Assembly: GCF_006345805.1 (NCBI RefSeq)
Contig: NC_043006.1
Coordinates: forward strand, 29,264,001-29,328,000
Origin: Octopus sinensis
Taxonomy: Eukaryota
DNA length: 64,000 nt
Reading direction: 5' to 3'
Position numbers and translations under genes: made by a program
The notes under the pieces: generated by a model
What the model saw: only the letters and a program-made list of their open reading frames with translations
What the model was told of the DNA's origin: nothing
The model's database searches: none
Shown: positions 26,341-38,481 of the stretch, in pieces
How positions within the stretch are numbered: the first letter of the stretch is position 1
How the letters are laid out: every line of letters begins with the position of its first letter

Positions 26341-27954
26341 CTAATGAGGTTGCTCTGTAACTTATACGACTAAAGTGTTCCTTTGATTGAAAGGGAGACT
26401 TGGAAATAGAGGGGTTGCTTTATGTGAAGTATTAAAAGTTCAGAATATGATGGGAAGAGCAGCTAGATTTATTGTTGTGGGGAAGATTCATGACTGTCTT
26501 GCATTTTAGGTGGGTTTGGGGTGATGGTGATGAGGTGACAGAATGTACCCTGAAGATAACATGCTCAAAAAGGTGAATGGAAAAGAATGTGGAGACAGAA
26601 CAAATCAGGAAAAGAGGGGTAAATTTACAAGAGTGAAAGATAGATGTACACGGGTTGATAGTAAATACAAGTGGATGGTACAGTAATAACCCTGATAGCT
26701 TGTTAACTGGAAGTAGCTCTGAAGTGGAACTGGCAGTTGAGAAATGGTGGTATGATATGTAGTAAGAAGTTTTGTGTTCATTAATTACAGAAGCAAAATA
26801 ATACAGGAGAGTGATAGGCCAAGCTAGCATGTTTTTTATTTTTTTTTTTTTACTAAACTCTAGCCATATCTAAAAAGAATATGATGCATAAAAATTGTTT
26901 TGTAGTTAGATGTTCTCAAACTTGCTGATCTACTAAGTCATTTAAACATTTCAGAAGACTTGAATTCTTTTGGGACTTGGAATACATGTCCCACGTGGTC
27001 TAACCTACAAACATAGTGGGGAAATATGTTTCCTAAAAAGTAATATCATTTCATGATTGAGTGGTTGGCAACAGGATGAGCATCAAGCTGTAAAACATCA
27101 GCCATGAGTTAATGAGAGGTCAGCCCATCTGCTAAAAGTAGCAACCAAACTTCTCAAATCACACTACTGTCATAAAGAACTCATTGGACAATGTAGGCCA
27201 TGATACACTAAAAGTTGAGATGTGCATGGTTGGAACATCATTAATCAAAAATGCTAAAGCCATACAATACTCGGTACAGGTCTTCATTTGAATAATGTTA
27301 ATATATGAAACCATCTCATAAGTCTTAGCATATAGAATGAAAGAAAGAAAAACAGTTTGTTTAAACTATTCTATATGCATTTTCAATGAAAGGAATCTCT
27401 GGTTTCATCTGCATGAAACTGAAGATAACTCTTCTTGACAAAAGTGAAGAATCTTATTCGTATATAATGACATCTATTGCAGACCACATTTCAAGATGAT
27501 CTACTTCCACCACTTGCATAGAATTATACTTGTGCAAAAACCAACAAACTATAGAAACACACTGAACATTAGGTAGTAGTTCAACTCTTTATCCACCTGC
27601 ACATTTTTGCATCTATACACTATATGGTCTATAGAAGAATGCTCAAAATAGATCAGTTTCCCTTGGTTTACACCATATTATTCTTATGATTACATTGAAT
27701 AATGGGTGATTGTGATTTGAATGCTTTTCCATAACATGTTTGCTTGTTCTGGAACTAAATAACTATCAATGAAACAAGCACTTGTAAAAAGAACAATAAA
27801 TTTTGTTCCGTTTGTGTATTAGTTTCTGTAGCATGTATCCTCTAAATTGAGGGCTAGTGTGCAGCTCTAGTTTTATAGCATCAAGTAGATGAGTAATACA
27901 CCTGATCAGGATTTTTATCTCTTGTAAGTAACATTTCCAATGAAGCTAGTGACT

Positions 27955-28360
27955 ATTTCCAACCCATGCCAGCATGGACAACGGACGTTAAATAATGACG
28001 ATGATGATGATTGCCCAAGGACACAACGAAATAACTGAAATAATTGAGAGCAGAATTGAATTCAAGTTGAGCATGGTCATTGCCAGTGCCACTGGATTGG
28101 CTCCCGTGCAGGTAGCACGTAAAAAACACCTTCTTTGTGTGGTTGTTGCCAGAACTACCTGACTGACCCTCGTGCTGGTGGCACATAAAAGCACCTACTA
28201 CTACACTCTCGGAGTGGTTGGCGTTAGGAAGGGCATCCAGCTGTAGAAACTTTGCCAGATCAGATTGAGCCTGGTGCAGCGTTCTAGCTCACCAGTCCTC
28301 AGTCACATCGCCCAACCCATGCCAGCATGGAAAGGAGACGTTTAATGACAATGATGATGT
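27955..28360 (+). mobile_element. SINE copies (same family as 13280-13690)
   Basis: GGAGTGGTTGGCGTTAGGAAGGGCATCCAGCTGTAGAAAC and two (GAT)n tails. Confidence 0.85.
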
Positions 28361-29775
28361 GTGTGAACTAGCAATTCAGTATCAGATCCAGGACATTGTA
28401 TTTCATATATTACTAATTCTCATAGTATTAACTCCAGAAACAAGTAAGGCTACATTGATCAGAGCAGGATTTCAATAGGATTGGGTTAATGCAGCAGAAT
28501 ACATGGCACAATCTCAATGTTTCTTTATATCTATAATTTGTTTTTATACTTTTATCAAAGATGTACACTTACACTATTATATTAAATACAAAAAATGGTA
28601 ATAAAAAAAAAAATAAAGGTAGAATTTAATTATAAACTGAATTTACCTGGAATGTAGTAAACACAGCACTTAGCATCAATGGAAACAGTTGCTACCAATT
28701 TTCAAGGAACCTAAGATGCCTGCTTTAAAATTTTTGTACTGGCAAATATGTAGACTCAGTTATTAAGACAAACAGTTTTCTCAGACTGAATTCAAGTCTG
28801 TAGCATTAAACTGATATTATCAATACTATAATCCTCAATTAATAAAGATGGTTGAGACTGCACTTTCACAATCATCATATTATAGCAGTAAAAAAGGAAA
28901 AGGTGATAAATTTGTGTGGTGTGAATGTTTGGTATTTCAGGCAGAAATTACACTGAAGAAATGTAAAACATGTTGGAAGACTAAGTTGAGAAGACAAAAT
29001 GGGCAGAGAGAATGTGACCAGGCATTAAGTAAGTCAAAGTAAAATCTGAAAAAAACAATTGTGACTAGATAAGAAAATTACCATCATGCTTCACATCATT
29101 GAGCCGTATTGATACATCCTTACATAGCCAGTTTCTCATTTGTATCTATCATCATAGATGCATTAGATTATGTTCCAACAAATTTGCACAAAAACTTAAA
29201 TTTAAATGGAGAAAAAGCAGAAGAAACTGATGAGGATTCTCCAAATCCAATCTACAAGATTTGTAAGACATTCCAAAAATTCCCCATGTAAGATTCTTAT
29301 GTGAATAAATGCACACACTTGGGTGTATGCATTGACAGCTCAGCCAACTCGATCACAAAAGTCTTGTTGCTTTGATTAGCAGCTGGTTTGAACCCTCACT
29401 AAGAACTTAAATTAAACTGAAAAAAAATCATACATACATGTGTGTGTGTGTGTAACTGAAAGGCAAAATTAATGCTTTGATTTGAACAGCAAAGCATACA
29501 TTTGTAAGGAGAATGAAATGAAAATTAAGAACTGTTTGCAACAAAATAAACCAGAATTTTATACTCTGAAGGTTTACTTAACAGCAATAAATAATGTTTT
29601 AGACTGTATGTCTAAACTGGAATCTTATAACTGAGAATGGTTCCTTGTTTATACACCTGCAATATCTGCCTGAAAACTTGTCATTTCCCTGTCAGATATG
29701 TATATATCTGGATACAGTCATATATTTATATTTATAAAAGTATTGTTTCATTGTTTAAGTGATGTTGAATTACTT

Positions 29776-31062
29776 TCAGCATGTACTCATCATTTGTTCA
29801 TGCATTTCTTTGATAATGACATAATCTTTGAGAGCACGAGGAACTGGAAGATCTTCAGCATTTTGAACTATCTTGTGACCAAGGCGTTTGCGAATACATT
29901 TGCGGCATAAGACTTGTAGAGATGTGACAGTTTGCAACTTTTTCCGAAGCCACTGAACTACAGCCTCTGTGTCATTGACTCGTGTGGGAAAGTAGTTTGT
30001 GTAGAAGTACATCCTGGCGCTGAAATCAAGATAACCAAATCTTGCTAAAAGACGACACATTTCAAAATTACCCTTCTCTGCAGCAATCTGAAACAAAGAT
30101 TTGTATATTCCATCCGAGTAATATTTCCCAGGTACTTCAAGGTCACAGTTGTGTTCAATCATCATTTGAATGATTTCAATTTTATTAGATATCACTGCAT
30201 CATATGCAGCTGTCTCTCCCTGATGGTTATAAATATCATGCTGACTACCAGCTGCCAGTAGTAGCCTCACAACAGATGTATAGTTTCTTCGAATAGCAAT
30301 GTGCAGTGCTGTGTCACCAGTTTTGAATTCTCTCCGGTTCAAGTCACAGTTGACTCTGATCAATAAAGCAACTGCTTCTTTCTGGTTGTAACAGACAGCT
30401 TCCATGCATGGAGTACGTCCCCAATAGTTCTGAACATCCACTTGGCTCCCTGATGCCATTAGAAGATCAATGATATCTGTTCCACCGTTGCGTGCAGCAT
30501 AATGAAGTGCCATGTCACTATTCCGATCAGTAATATTCAGTTTACAATTGGCACGAATTAATTTTAAAACAGCATCTGTTTTGGTATTTCGAACAGCTTT
30601 CATAAGTGGAGTTTTGGATGTAATATCTTGAGAGTCAACATCAGCCCCCCGTCGGATGAGCACATCCAGGATTTGACAATAGCCATCATCTGCAGCATAG
30701 TGGCATGGAGAATTGCCAAATGTATCTTTTACATCAAGTTTAGCTTTGGCTCCAATTAGAAGGATCATACAGGCCATTCGGTGTTTAAGAACTGCAAAGT
30801 GTAAAGCTGTCCTTCGAAGAGTTGTTGTCGTTTGGTTGACATCACATTTAGACTCTATCAAATATTGTAACATATAAGTATATCCACGATATGATGTTAG
30901 ATGAATAGGACACAAATCAGCATGGTTCTTTTTGCGGACCTCAACAAATTTAGCATTGAGATCAATTTTATATTGTGCAACGAGACGCTTCAACTGAGCA
31001 AGTTCGTTGTTTAAGACTGCATCATAAAAATCTAAGCCAGCCATTTGTGTGCGAAGCAACAT
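29776..31062 (-). CDS. ankyrin repeat and SOCS box protein (ASB-like), single coding exon, 428 aa
   Basis: Intact ORF. First ATG is at 31062 (the ORF track starts at a TTG at 31113); a second in-frame ATG is at 31044. About 8-9 ankyrin repeats (TALHFA, TPLMKA, TALHIA) and a C-terminal SOCS box SLQVLCRKCIRKRLG...LPVPRALKDYV (~29818-29922). Confidence 0.93.
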   Translation of the reverse strand: MLLRTQMAGLDFYDAVLNNELAQLKRLVAQYKIDLNAKFVEVRKKNHADLCPIHLTSYRGYTYMLQYLIESKCDVNQTTTTLRRTALHFAVLKHRMACMILLIGAKAKLDVKDTFGNSPCHYAADDGYCQILDVLIRRGADVDSQDITSKTPLMKAVRNTKTDAVLKLIRANCKLNITDRNSDMALHYAARNGGTDIIDLLMASGSQVDVQNYWGRTPCMEAVCYNQKEAVALLIRVNCDLNRREFKTGDTALHIAIRRNYTSVVRLLLAAGSQHDIYNHQGETAAYDAVISNKIEIIQMMIEHNCDLEVPGKYYSDGIYKSLFQIAAEKGNFEMCRLLARFGYLDFSARMYFYTNYFPTRVNDTEAVVQWLRKKLQTVTSLQVLCRKCIRKRLGHKIVQNAEDLPVPRALKDYVIIKEMHEQMMSTC

Positions 31063-33306
31063 TTTTGGTGATGGGGGGAAGTCGTTCCGACCTGAGAATT
31101 CTTTTGATGTCAATAAATCAACTGATTTCTGGAATTTGAAATTAATGCTACATCGTGATTTGGTTTACAGCATTATGTCGATGTATTTGTTTTAAGGACC
31201 CTAATTGTTGGTCGACATCAGTCAACGTTCATCACTGACCAACTGGGGTTTTTTGGACATAACAGCGTGGCATACAATATCGAGGTTATCGAAGATATTG
31301 CAGAATCGGGGCAAATATTTGTTGTACGTGTGTGTGTGTGTGTGTGTGCATGGGAAGATGAAGAAATGCTTTGTTTTTCTACTTTTTTTCTTTTTCGTGG
31401 TGGAATGTTTGTTTTCTTCTGAATGAATGCCCTGTTTGTTTGTTATGTTTGTTGATTCATTTGTTTTTTTACGAAAACAGCAAACTATAAGGAACAGAAG
31501 GCAAAAAGCATTGTGGAAAATTGAATCGAGAGACATCTATTGATATGAAAATAAGTGAGAATTGAATTAATAAACGAAAACTAAACAGTATATGTGTAAT
31601 TTAGTGTAAAAAACTTTCGACGAGAGAAGAACAGATTGCGGAATAAGAGTCGCGGAGTGGGTTTGAATTACAAGTGTCAACAATTTACGGCGAGGATATT
31701 TCGTAAAGAATCCTTACCACACTTCTTGTCGTACATTGTTGCTTATGACAGGGATTTAAGAAAACACTTACACATTTTAATGTGACTTGACGGACAAGAG
31801 TTTTCTGCTCAGTCTGTATGCCACGGTTGGATTAGGTGCCTGGAGACAGCAGCAACAATTAAGGGAAATCTTGTTTAATACTGCAATGGTAGATGATACG
31901 GCATTGTAGGTCGAGACAAATATATCTGTGTGACAGTGATTTCTTTCCAGAATGACATCCATTCATAATATGATAGTGAGATTAGGTGTAGTCATCAGCG
32001 AAACACGTTTCCATTCATAAACTGTAAAATTAACAATTTATTATTATAATGACTGACAATTGGGAACGAGGCATTTGGTCCATAGCGTCATTAGGGGAGG
32101 TAAATCTCAGTTAGAACTGTCGGTGCTCTCCCCTGACTATTAATATATTTCTTGACTTCAGATGAGCTCAGATCTATATCCAAAAATCATTCAAGCCACG
32201 ACTATTTTATCACTTAGTTTATCCAACACTATAATGTAATAGATCGTTTTTTTTTTAAGAGAGTAGGGAACTTCGTTGCTTTTTCTTTTAGAATTTGAAT
32301 TTTTTTGAGCCGGCAACTACTTTCTGGTCCCGAAGAGGTTTAATTTTGGAATGCAATTTTCGCTATGCTACGTATGAAGCGAGTGAGGTGGTGCTATGAA
32401 AGACAGTGCGATGTAATATATTTTACATCATTGAGGAGTTAAGTTTATATATTTCCTCAACATATATAGCGATTATATAAAGTGACGCTGGGGAAAATAA
32501 CAATATTATGTTTCCGTTATAAGATGTTTTCCAATGTTCAGTTCTTGGGGGGCAAAGTGAGTCTGGTGTAGGATTGCTACGTATTTGGGGAAGTTGAAAG
32601 AAGGATTGAAGGTAATACCATTGGTTTTCGCACCTATAATGCTCTTAGCGATATAGACGATTAGTCAAACCTGTTGGCCGAAGGAACATAACCTCTCTAT
32701 TACTGGAGGTAGGAATACAGTTGGTCAGTCAGGGTTTAAAGAAAAAAAAGACGAAAAGAAATTCTACTCGAGATATTTTCTGAGATGGAGTTATCTCCCT
32801 TCGATCTGTTCCAGTTGCGCCCGAAAGGGGATGTATGTACCCTACATAATAGATATATAAACGGGGCAAATTCAACTATTTTGCTGTAGATTAAAAAAAA
32901 AAATACATGTCAGACGGGAAGTTACTAGTCATTACTATTTACAGGGCCTCCAAGAGGAAGGAAAGAAGGAATCTTCTAATTAGAAACCAGCGTCCAAGTG
33001 TTTAAGACAGACTCCGTAAAAAAGCACCCATTGTAGTAGTTTCAAGCTAGGTGATAAATGAAGTCTCCCTACCAAATAGGCTACGGTGGGATTTGATCTC
33101 AGAGCGTAAAGTGATGGAGCAAATACTACACAGCATTCCGTCCTACATTCTCATAGTTTCGCCAATCAACTCATCCTCTGGAATTGTTAATTTAAAATTT
33201 TTTTTTATCAACTCCGGAAAGAGAAAAAAGCAGAGTTATCCCGGGCGAGATATGAAATTTCCTTTTTAATCCTTTATTCTATAAATGAATCGCAGTTATC
33301 AATGAG

Positions 33307-33615
33307 TGTGGAGATGAGGTGAACCGGGAGGAAAAGGTCGGTGATGTCAATGGTTGGGGAGCCCTACAGGAAGAGTGAATGAAGTGGGAAGAAGTAGGAC
33401 CACGCTGATCCTACTTTCGCCCATTTATGGCCTCGGGGAAGTGAGAACGGAGGGATGCGCGCAGACGTGCAAGCGAGAAAGGAAATTTGGCGTAGGTTCT
33501 AGCGATGGGTTAGTTGAGTAGGCTGCATCTTGGATTTAACCCAGTTGGAAAGTCGACACTGGGAGGTAGGTGAATCGCGCTTTGTTCCTCGTATTACAGA
33601 CTTGTTCATATTTCA
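33307..33615 (+). repeat. 5' LTR
   Basis: Starts TGTGGAGATGAGGTGAACC; ends near TATTACA (33598) or TATTTCA (33615). Confidence 0.85.
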
Positions 33616-33631
33616 AGTCTTTTCGGCACAG

Positions 33632-34735
33632 GTGTGTGTGTACATATATATATATATATATATAAACTTACTTGGAGAACAGGAAAAGAAACGAAACAAC
33701 GCGAGGGCGCTCAGTCATGCAATAAATTAATAAATAAAATATATGCATACATACATACATATATGTACGTACCTACATCTACATGTATATATACATGCAT
33801 ATATAAATATATATATGTGAGTACAGGACACCACAAATAGACATAGAACTCAACGAGAAACGAAAACGTAAAAACAAACATGGAAACGGACTTTTTTTAA
33901 CAACGAAAAAACAGAGTACAAGACAAACAATACAAGGAAAATTCCCCTTCATCAGCTGTCCCTAGTTCGACTCCATGCGTGTTTGCATGTTTGTTTTTAC
34001 GTTTTCGTTTCTCGTTGAGTTCTACGTCTATTTGTGGTGTCCTGTACTCACATATATATATTTATATATGCATGTATATATACATGTAGATGTAGGTACG
34101 TACATATATGTATGTATGTATGCATATATTTTATTTATTAATTTATTGCATGACTGAGCGCCCCCGCGTCGTTTCGTTTCTTTTCTGTTCTCCAAGTAAG
34201 TTTTTATATATAATTATGACGCGAAACTTTGTAACCCTTTGCTTAACCTTCCCTTCCTTCCTGTCTGTCTTCCTCTTTGTCTGTCTCTCTCCTTCTTATT
34301 TTTCACCCTTTCTGGTTTCTTTTCCTCTTTATCTCTCTCTCTCTCACTCCTCCTCATCTCTCACACAGCCGAGTCGACCACTTCCTTTCGCTGGCGGCCT
34401 CCTACAAGTGAACATGCTTTTTTCCTACGCTCTTGAATTTTTCCATCGTCTAGGCTAAAAAAAGGCCCTCAATGTTTGTTTCCTTGTCCTGTTTTTATTT
34501 TTTATTCTTTACTTGTACTGTATTTTTTGTATTTGTATTTTGTATTTGTTTTTTTATTTGTATTGTTTTTACGTCCTGTTTTTGTCACATTTTTTTCTTT
34601 CCTTGTTTTTACCCCTCTGCAAAGGAATTTTATTTAATTCTTTCGCAGGAAGGGCTAGTTCGACGAGTCGTGTTCTGTCCTTACCTTCGAAACACGCATG
34701 GAGTCGAACTAGGGACAGCTGATGAAGGGGAATTT
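33632..34735. mobile_element. non-autonomous Penelope-like (inferred) insertion with an inverted partial terminal repeat
   Basis: Arms 33657-33882 and 33986-34212 are inverted; 33940-33984 is inverted at 34690-34734; contains a hammerhead-like core. Family assignment is by inference. Confidence 0.6.
34669..34731 (+). ncRNA. hammerhead-ribozyme-like motif with permuted strand order
   Basis: CTGATGA (34719-34725), GAAA (34689-34692), GUU triplet (34672-34674) and three complementary stems. Confidence 0.5.
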
Positions 34736-34739
34736 CAGT

Positions 34740-37057
34740 CCCTGCATATAGTTGAAGTCCTAGATGGAGGAAAGGTGTTCAAAGCCCTCATGGATACGGG
34801 TTGTACAACATCTCTCGTGACCCCAAGGGTAACAAAAAAAGTGAAAGGGGAAGAGTAGTGTTAAGGCGGTCGACAGCAACGAAATTGGATGTAAGGGTAG
34901 CAGTGAAGTGGAGATGGTTGTGCAGGGCACAACACTGAGTCTACCATGTGGTAGATGGAATTGATGTGGGGGGTGCATTGGCACGATCAACCGCCTAGGA
35001 GGTGCCAGGGCATCATGCACCGTGAGTTTACAACAGGAAAGGAGGAAGAGCCACGGGGCGGAAAGTACTGCTTACACCATTGAAGATGAAAATTTCCAGG
35101 TGGTGTTCGTCGGTCAGCGGTGGACGGTTGAGTGGCGCTGGAAAGGGGAGTCCCCGACGCTGAGGAGTAGGCTAAGCTGTTACCAGCATACCTTGAAAGG
35201 AGACGCCAGGAGCCGGTTTGAAGAAGTAGAGAGATGGATCAAGGAGGGTATCCTAATCCAGAGGAAGAATGGAGTACTGTCGCTAATGGCAGTGGTGCAG
35301 CCAACGAAGGGCAAGGTCAGGCCGGTACCGGACTTTTGAGAGCTGAATGGCCATGTACCGTGCACACGGGCGGCGAGGTGTCTGATGTCGGCGGAGAGAC
35401 GTTGCGAGAATGGAGACAGATGACGAGGGCTGCAACAATTGCCGACTTGAAGTCAGCCTATCTGCAGCTTCATGTGAGCAAGAAACTTACAGTATCAACA
35501 GGTGCGATATAAGGACCAGACATACTGTTTGACTAGGGTGGGTTTCGGGCTGAATTCTGCACTAAAGATCATGGTAACGGTACTCAAATCTATCCTGGGA
35601 AAGCTGGATAAAGTGAAAAAGGTCACCCTTCCTATATAGACGACATCCTGGTAGGCGAAACTGTAGTGTCTGCCGCAGAGGTCATAGGTCACCTAAAGAA
35701 GTTCGGGCTGACCACGATACCACCGGAGTCAATGGTTTGAGAAGCTGTACTGGGGCTCAAGTTTCAAAGAGATGTTGATGTTTCGGAGAGGAAATGAGAT
35801 TCCGAAACTGAGTACCAGCGTCAACAGACGAGAACTAGTCTCAATGTGTGGGCGATTTGTGGGTCACTTTCCAATTGCAGGTGACTTCGAACAGCGAGCA
35901 GCTACGTAAAGTGACAAGTGGATGGGGAATGCTGGGGAGACAAAGTGGGAGAGAGGACGGTGGCGATGTTGCAGGAGATCCTAGAGAGGGTAAGAGCAGA
36001 AGAACCCGTAAGAGGAAGCTGGTATGTGTCCAAATTGGAGAACGGGACCATATGGTGCGATGCTAGCAGCATAGCGACAGAGGTTGTTCTGGAAATCAGG
36101 GGTGTCAAAGTGGAGGACGCAGCCTGGCTCCAAGAAGTAGATGATTACAACCATATCGACATGAGTGAGTTGGATGTCGTGTTGAAGGGGGTGAATCTGG
36201 CCCTGAGATGGGGCTGTGCTCTATTGAAATCTGAACCGATTCGGCTACTGTGCTTGGATGAGTGGGATAGGGCTGCACAGAAGTTAGTAAAGCGCCGCCC
36301 AGGGGTTCTGGGAGAGCTAACTGCGTAGCGCGGCCTTTGTGTCCTCAGAATGGAATAAAGCAGGCATTCTAATCAGGGTGAAAAAGGCTTGGTTGACGGT
36401 GCCAGAAAATTCGGAGCTGCAGTTTGTCAGCTAAGTGCCTCGAAACTAAGGAGACTGTATGCCATGCATCATATGGGCGTGTACAGAACGCTGTATCTTG
36501 CCAGGATAGTTGACTCCGACGTTATGAAGCAGAGTATTCAAAAAGTGGTCGAGAACTGTGATAGGCGTCAATCCATCGACCCTGCTACGGCTGTGCACGA
36601 ACCGGGAAACATCTCAGTAGAGCAACACTGGAGACGATTGGCAGTGGATGTGACACACTACCGGCAAGGGACATATTTCTCGATGGCCAACTGCAGACCG
36701 GCTCAGATGGCGATATGGAGGGAAATTAAGACGATCATTACGGATGAGGTTGCATGTTTCCTGAACAACATAATGCTGGAGCAGGGCCATGGGGACGAAC
36801 TGCTAATGGAGAGGCTCGATACGCGGAATGTGCACCGCTCGTTCAGAGCGGCATACAAGCCGAGTGGAAATGGAATCGTAGAGAGACACCATCGCACGAT
36901 CAAGGCCATGGCGGAGAGGGGACGCATCTCACCAATGGAAGCGGTATTCTGGTACAATGTGACCCCGATCAAGACTGGTCGCAGAGTCTGTGTCACACAG
37001 AGCAATATTCAGGTATGGAATGTGACACCCGTGTACAAAATCAAAACACCACGTTAA
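34740..37057 (+). pseudogene. disrupted Gypsy pol (protease-RT-RNase H-integrase)
   Basis: ALMDTGCTTSLV; DLKSAYLQ; YIDDILV; IWCDASS; HMGVYRT...WRRLAVDVTHY...GNGIVERHHRTIK. Confidence 0.9.
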
Positions 37058-37281
37058 ATAGTTGACAGAAACAGTGATGGCTGTTAATTCCAAAAATAAT
37101 GTCTCTGTGGATAGAATACCGTGTCGTGTATTGGATGTTCGCAGGACGAAGGTGGAGGAGAGGAAGCGAGCGGAGCACCATTCCCGCGGAGATCACAGCG
37201 AGTGAGACGTCCGTTCAGACGGATGGCAGATTGCAACATGGAATAAAGTGAAGTGGTGATCTTTGAAATCAGGTGTTTGTG

Positions 37282-37573
37282 TCTGGAGATGAGGTGAACC
37301 GGGAGGAAAGGGTCAGTGACGTCAATGGTTGAGGGGCCCTACAAAAAGAGGAAGAGTGATGTGAAGGGGCGGAAATATGACCTGCGTGGGTATCTTTGGC
37401 CTCGGAGCAGCGGGATGCGTGCAGACGTGCGCGCGAGAAAGGGAATTTGCTGTAGGTTCTAGCGATAGGTTAGACGAGTAGGGCGTATCTCAGATTTAAC
37501 CCAGCTGGACAGTTGACAATCGGAGGTAGGTGAATCGCACTTTGTTCTTCATATTACAGTTCCTCATATTACA
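37282..37573 (+). repeat. 3' LTR
   Basis: TCTGGAGATGAGGTGAACC...CATATTACA followed by the TSD. Confidence 0.88.
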
Positions 37574-38481
37574 ATGAGGAAAGCAAGTTTGTTTTTCCTC
37601 GATATATTCGAGATAAATACAACACCGGCAGCTAATCTTGAATTCGAGACGCACTTCCTCGTCCCTAACGATGAGATGAGGACAGTTACAGTAATAATTT
37701 GTATTTTGTAAAGGTTTTACAATTAGAATATCAGTTTTAATTTTCAAATTTTTAGCTAAATCTTTTCTTTTTGTTGTATCGCTAGCTGCATCTCGCGGTA
37801 GAGCAATGTGCATCGGTGCAACGTTCGAGGAACACTGGACAAACTTTCAAAAAGAGAAAAATGTCTGTGTAGTTTATAAGTAACAGCATGCAAATCATTA
37901 ACGTAGACAGCTGAATACCAAGGCACAAGGGAGCAGCAAGTGTGGAATCTGAGAGGAATACTCCGAACAAAGACGAAAGACGGATGAAACTTGTGTTCAA
38001 GCAATTTAACCACACCCCGTCGAATCTTTAATGACATCAATTGCAATAATACCATTTCCACCAACGTTCACAACCCTTCATGGCTGCCACATTCATCCCA
38101 CGCAGAATCTGCCGGCGACAAAAAGCTGAATCCTTTCTTATTCTTAACTCCTTACACCAACCTGTTTCATATTCTTTTCGCATCCCAGACCGTCACACAG
38201 GCACTTTAAACATCTTTGATCTCTTTCACATTCCTAACGCTTACTTCTACTCTTATATCGTGTTATACAGACGTAAGAATAATAGATGAAACAAGCTTGG
38301 TTCTACTGACTAGACGGTCATTGATAATAGTCTAAGGGAGGTAACTCAATACCTTGCGTCAAGTTACAAAATACATAATTTTATCTTAGGGTGACCCAGT
38401 CCATACTTAATTTATTCCATTTTTGTGATTTTAATCTGGCTGTTGTGCATTTCTTCTGTATCATTTCGCCAGTGGTAAGTA

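Larger units (their letters stand above)
33307..37573 (+). mobile_element. degenerate Ty3/Gypsy LTR retrotransposon
   Basis: 5-bp TSD ATGAG (33302-33306 / 37574-37578); LTRs ~33307-33615 and ~37282-37573; domain order PR (DTG), RT (YIDD), RNase H (WCDAS), integrase (LAVDVTH, GNGIVER); stops and frameshifts present. Confidence 0.93.

Noticed and set aside
29226-29255. CTGATGA followed by a GGATT/AATCC hairpin
   Set aside because: No GAAA follows and no stems I or III are evident.
31063-31113. N-terminal extension of the ASB ORF (MTSKEFSGR...)
   Set aside because: The ORF track starts at a TTG; the first ATG is at 31062.
31985-32015. Minus-strand GAAAC and CTGATGA in close proximity
   Set aside because: The required stems cannot be formed.
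38389-38480. Exon-like segment ending in GTAAGT at the RTE target site
   Set aside because: No partner exons or recognisable peptide; the donor-like sequence is part of the TSD.
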